DNA of 64,000 nt, taken from assembly GCA_001949185.1 (NCBI GenBank), contig BDGG01000004.1:4435777-4499776 (forward strand), given 5' to 3'. The notes beneath the pieces were generated by a model that was not told the DNA's origin, searched no databases, and worked only from the letters and a program-made list of their open reading frames with translations. Source of the DNA: Ramazzottius varieornatus. Its lineage: Eukaryota; Animalia; Tardigrada. Every line of letters starts with the position of its first letter. The first letter of the stretch is position 1. Shown in pieces: positions 1 through 10,466 of this stretch. The position numbers and the translations under genes are program-made.

Positions 1-364
1 CGAATTACTGGACGGAGTTAGCGAACAAGGAAGTACATTGAGCTGACCAGCAACAGTACGTGTATGCAGTGCACGTGAATATTGTGTCGCATACACGTAC
101 CAGAACAGTCCAGGAAGAACGCTATGTCCGGTCAAGTAATATGGGAAGTAAAGACGCTTATCATTCAAAAACTAACCAAGATTATCGCTAAAGACAATAT
201 TTTTCAGTTAGTTATCCAAACAAACATTATGTTTCAAAGTGGAACTGAAACTCAAATACGCGTATCGAAATGGAATTAAATTTTCGAAGAAAAATCACCG
301 AACTCACAATTAGACGTTAGATATGTGAATGATCCAAAAATGAAATTGCTGTTTGATGTCTTAG

Positions 365-3300
365 GCGGAGGATGAGTTGGTCCCGTTGGAAAGACCATCT
401 GAGGTGGCGCACAGAACGACAATGTCTGATTGCGAAATTGAAGAGCTGCTGCCAAAGAATGTCGAACTTCTAGAAGAGACGGTGTCGACTGAGCGTACCA
501 AGGTTCAGAAAGTCAAGCCGGCAGTGATTCTTTCCGTGGAAGATGCGGACGAAACAGAAGGTGAGATGGTACGACGTGAGCAAGTGCGGGAAACGGTACT
601 TCCCGAACGCCACGTTGAGCAGCTGGAAAGTATCGATGTGATGACAACAAAGCCACCGGCCTTCGAACGCCATCTAGAGATCATGGAAACACCCACCGTT
701 GTCACTCATTTACACGAGGAAGTACGAGAAGAGGTTCCTACTTTCGAACAGGTGCGATCTCATAATTAAAAATGAACGCCATTAGATATTGACAATGATA
801 TATAACAATAGTAATAATAATGATATAGTGCTCATGCCTCTAATCCTGACCAAGTCGTTTAAGCGGGACCGAAAATATTGATAAGAGTAAATAGTCGTCG
901 AAATAATATATGTTTAGTGTGTAATTAAATTTTCGGAGAAAACGCGGATGAATAATAATTATGTGTACACATGTACTGACCAGCACGCTATTGATCTGAT
1001 AGTTAGGCATCAATACGAGATCATTAACCATTTTGTCTCATAGGAGGTGGAAGAGTTGGTCCCGTTGGGAAGACCATCTGACGTGGCGCACAGCACGGCA
1101 ATGTCCGATCGGGAATTCGAAGAACTGCTCCCAAAGACTGTCGAACTTCTAGAAGAGACGGTGTCGACTGAGCGTACCAAGGTTCAGAAAGTCAAGCCGG
1201 CGATGATTCCTTCGGTGGAAGATGCCGCCGAAACAATGGTGGTACGTTCAAGACAACACATTACGGAGAAAGAGCCCATTGTTGTTACGATCGAAAGCCG
1301 CACACAAGTCAGACCTGTCGGAATAATAAACACAGAAACATTTATACGAGCTGAAGAGTTTGTGGATACACGCCAATCAGTCAAGCAGGTCCCTGTGATC
1401 GAAGAGGACATGGTGCCTCGTGAGAGGCCAGACTTCATACTCGAACACGGGCACAACCTGAGTGATGGCGATTTCGAGCGGATGAGTCAGAGCGTGGAAA
1501 GTGCTAGACCGGCACAAAATGTGCCTGACGAGGAAGCTGGGTATGAGAGTGTGGTGACAACCAGGGTGACGGACAAGGCAACCGATATGGCTACAGTCGC
1601 ATTCGGTGTGTCGGACAAGCACAAGATAATCAAAGATGTCTTTGATGTCCTGCCAGGAGCCGCGATGGCTTCTGCCAAGTTTGTCCCAGGTGTCCCACAG
1701 GAGTTTGTCACTGTGCGAGAAATCGTTACAACGGAAACTCTACCTCGCACGCGTAAGTATCTTTCTATACCATTTGGTCAAAATCAATCACGAAAAAACG
1801 GTCGTTTAAAGTACTTGAAAAATATCATGTTTTCATGTCGTAATTGAGAGCTCTGCAGACAAACTCGACAACATTGCCTCCCTAAGTTGCGGACGGTAGT
1901 AATGTTATTAGCTGTAAGCGTGCGCCACTTTGAGAAACGATGCTGTCGAGTATGTTTTCCGAGCATCCGTAACTATTTTCCATTACTTTGATCCATGCGC
2001 TTGTTTGAATTTGCAGTTTCGCCATCCCTCAGCAGTACGTCCGTTCAGGTGGTGTCACGTACTGATGAGGAAGCGGAAGAGGAGCCTCGAGCACGTCCCG
2101 ATCGCGTTCATCATCGTCACGGCGGTCCTTCCGACTTTTTGGTCACTCATAACTTCTACGGACGAGCGCCGGCGGAAGAGTACCTGGACGAGTCGGTTAC
2201 CGTCACAACCACCAAGAAAGCCCGACCGGTGCCCATTGATCGACAAGAGTCCTCAGAAGATGAATACCACACCACCCATGAAAGACACATGGAACAGGTC
2301 GAAGGCGAAGAAACGGTCATGCTTGGTACTGAAGGTCACTTCGAGCGACATCTGGAGGCTATGGACACACCAACCACCTTCACCCATATTCACGAGGAGG
2401 TAACTGTTGTCCGCCAGGAGGAACCCCGACCAGCAGAGGTAATAAAAAGCAGTCAACCAAAACTAGATATGAGAAGGTTTAGCGAAACCTGCTGATCTAG
2501 TTTACAAGCAGACAAAGGGATGAGTATTTTTTGAACAAGCTCACAGTGTGCTCTGTTGTTGTAGACGGTAACCATAATCAAGTCAGCAACAATGGTTAGC
2601 GACATCAACGACGTGTGGGACGACGCTCGATCAACATTCAGCAGCCGTGTCCAGTCGGAGGTTTTCGAGACGGAAGCTGAGATGGAAGAGGCACCCGAAG
2701 AAGAGCTCGTACCACGGTCACGCCCCGATGAAGTACCGCACCATGTTGGCATACGAGATGCCGACAGCGAGGAGATGGCAATGTTGCAGCCTGTCGAAAC
2801 CTTGCAAGAAAAAGTCGTGGTAGAGGAGGTGAAGCCACTAAAGGCAAAGAAAGGACTTGAACGACTCTCCACAAGCAAGAAGCCAGAAATCGTCGTATTT
2901 GATATCGACAAGGAAGTCGTTGAAGAGAAACTTGTCGTGGTAGAACGCGTTTCTGAAACTGTCCGCGAAACCGATAAAAGCCGGGAAGGAGGTGAACTGG
3001 TGGTCGAACAAGTGCAGAAAATCAAACTGAGCGGATCCCCGGCAGACGCCAGGCGATATCGTGCACCGGAAGTACAGCCAGAAGAGGAGGTTGGTGATAG
3101 TTTTCATACCGATTTCGCTTGTTTGATTTCCCGTGAAGTTTCTGAAGAGCTCTCTGCGACTTTCAGATACGATCGGAGTTTGCTGAAACCGTCACAGTGG
3201 TGGAACAGCCAAAGCCTGACAAGCCACAGATACCACCGCCGGTGGAACGTCGGCAGGAAACGATGGTTAGGGAGGCGCAGGTGACTGCTCGATCCTCTCC

Positions 3301-6300
3301 GGCATCAGAAGCGGCTACAGCCTCCGTATCTCGGACGGGCTCGCGCTCCAAGACACCCGAAAGCCTGGCGGGAACTCACAAACAGAGGACGGTTAAGACC
3401 ATCAAGCAAAAGGTACCCAAAGGCGCCAAGGGAAGCAACAAGACCAAGGAGTTCAGCTACGAAGATGTGGTCTACTGGAAGACGGCCAAGGGCGTCGTCT
3501 CACCGGACCATGCTGCAGTCAGCTCAATGGAAACACACCGCGACCGCACATCCACACCTGCCAGTGTTCTTCCCGAAGACAAAGTCCTGACGGAATATCG
3601 AGAAGCGACGATGGTTAGACCGGTTGCGGAGACGGTCCTCACTGCACAGCCTACTGAGACTCAGGTCCGAATGACTGTAGAGAACACATTTAGGACCTCG
3701 CAAAACAAACTCGACAAGATCGTCATTATAAGTGGCGCATGCTTACAGCTGACAACACTCAAAACGTTCGCCACTTGACAGAAACATTCTTGTCGAGTTT
3801 GTTTGCCGGTCTCCCTTTTCTTGTATTGTACTTATCTCTATTGTGACATCCCGAATAACGGTTTCAGGTCAGAGAAACTACGAGCAAGTCCAAGTCGGTA
3901 ACTCGGCAGAAACTCGTCGACGCGGAGAAGGTAGGTAAATCTGTGGTGAGGAAACAACATTCCCGCTCTTCCAGCACAAGCTCCAGTGAGCCGGAAGAGG
4001 TCGAGGAGATCAGTTCGGTGACCATCAACAAGACCAAGCTAACCAGCCCGACACCCGAGCCACGTGATGAAGTCCAGCTGACATTGGCCGAGATGCGGAC
4101 CAGCTACGACGAAGAAGAAGAAGAACGGCGTCTGGATGCTCGTAGAAGAGATCGACCGGTGGGGGTGGAGGAAACAATTGTACATCAACTCACACCAGCC
4201 AGAAGACTCGAGCAACCAACGGTAACTGTACTAAAATTCCATACTTTACCAAATTGGAAGACGAAAACAATTAAACAAAATAAAAGTTATGTTCACTTTG
4301 AAAACAACCATAACAATGTTTATTTTATGAATAGATTGTTGAAGAACGTCCAATGGAGTTTGTGATGCGTTCGCGTTTGGCCACACCATACAGAGCTGAC
4401 ACGACCACAGAGACCGTCGTTCGGGAAATCCGAACGCAGCCCAGCGAGGAAACGGTCATGTTCTCTGAAGATATGGTCGAACACGAGATCAGACCCACTC
4501 CAACCTACGTTGTCACCACGGAAGAAGTCGAAGAAGAACCACGAACTCGTCCCGATCGTGTTCCGCATCGTGAAGGCGGTCCATCCGACTACTTGGTGAC
4601 TGACATCCTTACCGAAAGAATGCCTGCTGATGACGAGTGGATAACGGTCAGCACCACCAAGACAGCCCGACCCGCCGCCGCTCGGCAAGATTCCGTAGAA
4701 GACGAGTATGTCATCCACGAACGACACGTGGAGCAAGTTGAAGGTGAAGAAGTGGCCATGTTCGGTGACGAAGGTCGATTTGAGCGCCATCTGGAAGCCA
4801 TGGACACGCCCGCCACCGTCACGCACATCCGCGAGGAAGTTACCGTTGTCCGTCAAGATAGGCCACGAGCAGAAGGAACGACGAGAAATAGAACGAGAAA
4901 GGGCAGCTCTAAGACATACGTCAGAAGTTCAGAGGGAGAGGTCGTGAGCAGGGACGTGGCACATCGCGATTCGGAGACGGGTGTCTCGCTGATTGAGCGA
5001 TCAACCACCGAGCAACTTCCCACCTACATCAGCTTCGGGACCGTCGAACCGGACAGTTTCCATTCGCCGCCTGCCGAGATTGTTAGCAGAGGTACGTATC
5101 GGAAAATCCTGACACTTGGAAGGCCGGCCTACGAAACGTACGAGACAATGTCCTTCATCGGCGCACGCTTCTAGCAAATAATAATGAAAACGTGCGCCAC
5201 TTGAGATACCGATTTTGTACGTTTCGTTCGCCCACATCCCAGTTGACTTTGACGACCACGTTTGATTTATTGATAGATGTCGAAGCTCGTCGTCGACAAA
5301 GTATCACGCTTCGACATTCCAATGGACCGAAAGACGACGCTTACGAGAAGCACCAACAAATTGTCCAAACTAGCACTGTCGTCCACACCGAAGACGCTGA
5401 CGTTCCGCTTAAGCCAAGTCGTCGTAGCTGGGAAGAACCGGCTGCCGAGACTGCGGTCACTACCATCATCCCCGATGTCCATCGACGACCTGCTCCTCGC
5501 CCTGCACCTCCCATCGACTTCGTGGAAAGTACGGAGACCATCACAACCAGACCGGTAGTGGTGTCTGCTATCCATGAAGCGGCTAAACTGCGCCAACCAG
5601 AAGGTAGAACGGTTGTGGAGCGTGGTCGGACGACTTCACCGTCCGAAGCCAGCAATTCTGATGTTAGTCTCAATGTCGAGAACGAAGAAGTCCATGGTCG
5701 CCGAACGGCATCGCCGGAAACTCTGCCCACTACTACCTACACCAGAAGTGCCACGGTGGAAAGCAGGCCGGCGAAGTCTTTGAAGCTAGCTCCAACACGA
5801 TCGCGTTCGGCCATGAGTGGAACTCGATCGGCCACACTAGGTATGAACATTGATATGGGAACTCTGTAAACAAACTCGACAAATTACTTTACCAAGTAGC
5901 GCACGTTTTCGGTGTTACTGGTCGAAAGCTTGCGCTACTTAAGGAGGTTATCTTGTTGAGTCGGTTTGCCCAGATGCCTGATCGTCGTATGTGAATTTAC
6001 CATATGGGAATGATTTGCATTGTTTCGCTTGGCAGGTTCGTCTGCAGGTGAGCATATTGAAGAGGCGGTGGAGCATATCCGCGTCAAATTCAAAGACGAC
6101 ATCGAGAAGCCCGCTCCGGGACGACCCAAGACACCCAACCACCACAACGTCCTGAATAACCTCTTTGTGGGCCATGAAGAAGTTCATATGCGCACTTCGT
6201 CTCGTCAAGATGATTACGCCGGTGAAGTCCTGGAGGATCTCCGCAGTGCCAGTCGCGGTGGCAGCACGCTGCCCCGACAGGAGCGCGTGGCACCTTTGGC

Positions 6301-9300
6301 AGCAGCTCGGCCACTTCACGTCAGGGAGACTACCGTCATCAACGAACGTTCCGTCGACCCGGGTAATTTGCTGACCAATTACTGGGTATTCAGTGAAGTA
6401 GAGTGATGAGTTTTTGTTCGTAGAATTGGCTGGTGGAGAATTTCACATTGTGAAGACGCACTCTGAAAGACTAGGCATATCGCCAACTCGCAGAGGGGAG
6501 CCCAGTCCGGCGGGGGGAAGCAGCCAGGCTTCGACACCGGCGCCTTTAGGTCTGCCTTATCCTGACACTTACCGACTACATCGATCACAGTCGCCTGAAT
6601 GGGAGACCGACGTGGACGAGGCTGGATATCCTGTCGTTCGCCAGCAGGTAATTTGTCATTCTTATATGCTGGACCAGGCTTTATAATTTGTTTACAGGCC
6701 AAGGAACGAACAATCTCCGACTCTTCGATGGAAGTGACAAAAAGCACGACTGGCGAGTCTGGAAATCCGTTTGACGAGCCCGTAGCGAATCTCGAGCAAG
6801 CATATGAGTTCGTACGCACCGATTCTGAACGATTGGGCATTTCACCCTCGCGGCAGAACCTCTTCCGCCCCGACAGTCGCGCCACTCTGGGCAGTTTCGC
6901 AGAACAGCAGGTGGACGTTGTAGCCCGATCGGCCATCCTTCCGGGTGTCTTCAAGTACGAGGAGAACCATGCAATCGTTCGTACTGACTCACAGCGGTTG
7001 GGAATTTCTCCCTTGAGGAGCGACAGTCAAGTCACCGAAACTATCGTTCGCTCGATCGACAGTCCAAAGAGTGAGGCTATTGAAGAGGTGGTAACGCAGA
7101 GCGCAGAACCGGAGCCGGTGATCAGTACGACTGTGGGGGTGGAGTCGCTGTACCATTTCGTCCGGACTGATTCGGAGCGGCTGGGCATCTCCCCGGGTCT
7201 ACAAAAGACGAGGTCGTCAGACACGTTGAATTTGGCTGCCGAAACAGCAGTTGCGCCACGGCCTGTGGAGGAAGTTGAGATGAACGGGGAAGGCTTCCCG
7301 GTCGTTCGAACACACTCTAAACGTCTGGGCATTTCTCGACCAGCCAGCTCAGCCGAAATCACTTCTCTAACTACAGAGGTACTTTCTGTTTCACCAGAAG
7401 TTCTACAGTAAATTTTCCTTTGAAATTTGTTGATGAATCTTTGTCTTTAGGTTCCGATTAAGAAGAAAGCACCAGCTGTTCCACTCCAACCGAAGTCCAA
7501 GAGCAAGTCCAAGAAAGCTGCACCTAAAGTACCAACGAAAAGCATTATTGAGACAGATACGGTCGTGTTCTCTTCCGTGGAACGCGGACTGAATGAGCGT
7601 TCAGTTGACGAGGAAGATAGCCTTTTCCCCATTGTACGAACTCACTCTGAGCGTTTAGGCATATCGTCAAAGCCAAAAGAAACAATCAAAAGCCAAGTCA
7701 CAACAACCACGTACGCTCCACCGGCAGTTCACGTACTGCCACTACCCACGCTGGACCGTCTCAGGCAGACAGATGAGCACGAGATTGTCCGAACGCATTC
7801 CCAGCGACTGGGAATATCTACGCCGACGAGAGACCAGACGGTGTCCGAAACGGTATATACCGTAGTTAATTCACCAAGTGGCGCACGTTTTCAGTGTTAA
7901 TGTCTAAAAGCGTGCGTCACTTGAAAATGGATTTCCTCCCACATTGCCTGCAGCTTGTATGTGTGTGTACGTGATGCTGGTAGTTACTAATTTTTTTGCT
8001 TGCAGGTTGAGGTTACGGAAACGAAGATACGACCAGACGATTCAACCAAGCAAATTACTCGCCGCGTTATCGAAACTCAGTCCAGTCCTGAAGACCAAGC
8101 TATGGTTGTGGAGACTTTCCGTCAGGCTGCCTTGTCCTCCCAGTCGCCCGACGTTGACGAGCTGGAATACTGGACCAGTTCGGGCCGTTCCAGCTCCGCC
8201 GACTTGAAAGAACGTGTTGTGGTCAAAGGGACCTCTAACCGTTTGTCCGGTCTAAGTGACACGGCAACCTACGCCGAGATACCCAGCCGATGGAGTCAAG
8301 AAGTCAAGAGCCAAGTGCAGCCGCGCGCCCAGACCATCGTCTCTAACCCCGTTTCAGTAGCGCAGGGACCAATCTACGCCAAAGTTAACAAGAAGAGGAA
8401 AGGCAAAGGGGAAGAATTTCTAGAGGAGGATGTCTTCTACTGGAAGATTCTCAATCGGAAGAAGGGCAAATCGTACTCGGAGGAACGCCTTCGTAGTCGC
8501 TCACCGGCTAACAACTTGACCCTACAAGAGATGACCATCCTGGCTCAAAGTATTAACTCTCTGCAGCTGGACCAATCAGGTACGAAAAAGTCCGCACGGA
8601 AAAGTTATTCATGACTTGTTTGATGACGATGGTGGTCTTTATAGGCAAGGGGAAAAAAGGAGCGACGATTACCAAGTCTCGAACGAAAAGGAGGACCAAG
8701 TCCAGTAGCGACCTGTTGGAAGGTAGGGTCTCCTCGACTTCGCCGTTGGACGATTCGGGTGCCTTCAGTGGTCGGGAAGACCTTCAGTTGACGTCAACGT
8801 TGGAAAGGGAGGGTGAAAGGACGGTGAGAAAGCCGAGTCCCTTCACCAAAGCCCGACAACTTACGACAGCCGAGTCGGTGGTCACCACCTTCAAGACCCG
8901 CTCGTTCTCGCCAAGCTCCAACGAACCAGCGTCCCGAGCCTCCTCGTCTGCTGAGTACATTGAAGAGAAGAGTGATCAGTCAAGTCCCAAGAGTCGAGGA
9001 AGGTTAGGGGAGAGTCTGGAGAGCGAAAGGATGGATAGGTCTGCCGACGACGAGGCTGACCGCCAGTATCGACGGGCAACCCGAGAACCGCTGCCCGACG
9101 CACACTCTTGCCTTCCGGCATATAACCGCCTACACTACAGTGTCAATGAGCACTTGGTGGAACTGGAAGAACTTATCGTTGACCCCGACTGTCAATATAT
9201 CGACATGGAAAACTTGCAGTCAGAGCGACAGCGCTTTACGGTATTAAAGCTGTCGGATTATATTATGTTACTTGCAATATTTTGCTATGTTTACTTGGAG

Positions 9301-10466
9301 TCCACGTTAGGAATTCTTCGTAGGCACTGCTGGATGGGTTGGTTCGTGTCAACAAGGACCTTGACCGCTTGGACGATTTGTACCGTGCAATGGTCAACGT
9401 CGAACCGGAGGCCATTATTTGGGAGACGGAGAGTCGCCAGCGAGAGCTGAATAGACTCTACATGGATCTGCTGGCCTATCTAAAGCACGTCCTTCGCCGA
9501 GTGAAACACTTGGAAATGCTCCTGGAACAGTACAGACGTCGAAGACTACAGTTCAAAGCTCATTTGCTGGAAGAGCTGACCTTCTTCCGCACCAACGATA
9601 ACATGCCAGAGGTAACAAAACCCGAGCGGTGTGTTTGTTCGGAAGGAAGTCTAACGTTTTTTGATGATTGTAGGAAGAACAGAAGGAACGCGTGGATCAG
9701 CTCTTGGAAGAAGTGATGGCATTACGGGCTGTCACGTACAACATCCTGGTCCGATGCACTCCAACATTCGCCGTCCAGATCGAAGAAGAACTACATGAGA
9801 TCCTGACGCTGTTACGGACTGAACTATCGGTAGCTAGCTCTACTTGGAACCACGCTTCTAAACATGAATATGTAAATGGGATAAATTTTCTGTGTCTTGT
9901 GGGTGATGGCCTTCATGTCCTTGTCCATTTCTAGCGCTCCATAAAAAATCGCTCGTTTTCTGTCCACTTGGAAATTTTTGTCCGCGTCACCTTTCTCTGC
10001 ATTGCTGGTGAACAGGAGGTTGAAATGCTGTGTTTATCTTTCAGGGGTCGATCATACAGCTCCTCCAGACTGGCCGATACTCTGTGCAGTTTGATGCCGC
10101 TCACCAGCAGCTGATCTTTTCTTCGGACGAACTCGTTGCAGATACTCCTTCGACCTCACGAAATCTAAAGTGAGTTCGCTTTTTGCACGAACACCGATAG
10201 CAGCAGTAACCGTAGTAATTTAGGTCAAAATAGCTCCCGCCGATTCTGAAACTCGAATTACATCTTTTATTGTTGTCTTTTGTAGTAACCCGACGGTGTG
10301 GAATGTATTACGCCGTGCCTTGCCGATGCAGGCCCTTGCATTGATATTGCTGGGATTCGCATCCTTGATCCCCATGACAGATGACGAGTTTAGTTGCCTT
10401 TTCAGCAACTACTTTGCTTCGTCTTTCAATCCGGCGCTGAAATTTACCGGTCCGCCTCCTATCTAG
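365..10466 (+). CDS. Giant KASH-domain protein (nesprin/MSP-300/ANC-1-like), 3' part; 5' end lies upstream of the window
   Basis: 18 phase-compatible GT-AG exons: 365-751, 1044-1752, 2017-2438, 2565-3089, 3167-3664, 3868-4221, 4335-5091, 5277-5840, 6036-6362, 6424-6647, 6698-7378, 7451-7852, 8006-8579, 8645-9240, 9324-9611, 9674-9871, 10045-10169, 10286-10466 (7812 nt, open to the TAG). Glu/Thr/Val/Ser-rich repeats are followed by a helical spectrin-like stretch (~9100-10100). The last exon encodes VLRRALPMQALALILLGFASLIPMTDDEFSCLFSNYFASSFNPALKFTGPPPI*, a classic TM plus luminal KASH peptide ending in PPPx. Confidence 0.9.
1847..1968. repeat. Dispersed ~120-bp palindrome, copy 1 (intron of KASH gene)
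   Basis: Core 1883-1931, 25-nt spacer, outer CTCGACA/TGTCGAG arms. Confidence 0.8.
3693..3814. repeat. Palindrome copy 2 (intron)
   Basis: Core 3729-3777, 25-nt spacer, perfect 17-bp outer arms 3703-3719/3788-3804. Confidence 0.9.
5119..5240. repeat. Palindrome copy 3 (intron)
   Basis: Core ends 5203, 25-nt spacer, outer arms ACGAAACGTAC/GTACGTTTCGT. Confidence 0.85.
5857..5978. repeat. Palindrome copy 4 (intron)
   Basis: Core 5893-5941, AAGTAGCGCA/TGCGCTACTT, 25-nt spacer. Confidence 0.9.
7875..7923. repeat. Palindrome copy 5 (intron, core only)
   Basis: CAAGTGGCGCAC-N25-GTGCGTCACTTG. Confidence 0.9.

Noticed and set aside
400-1095. GTGGCGCAC half-sites at ~403 and ~1083
   Set aside because: They lie in coding exons as Val-Ala-His codons with no partner arm, so they were treated as coincidence.
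470-9121. Numerous minus-strand and alternate-frame ORFs over the KASH gene (and likewise over Eph and PI3K)
   Set aside because: Shadow ORFs from codon bias of real exons on the other strand or frame.
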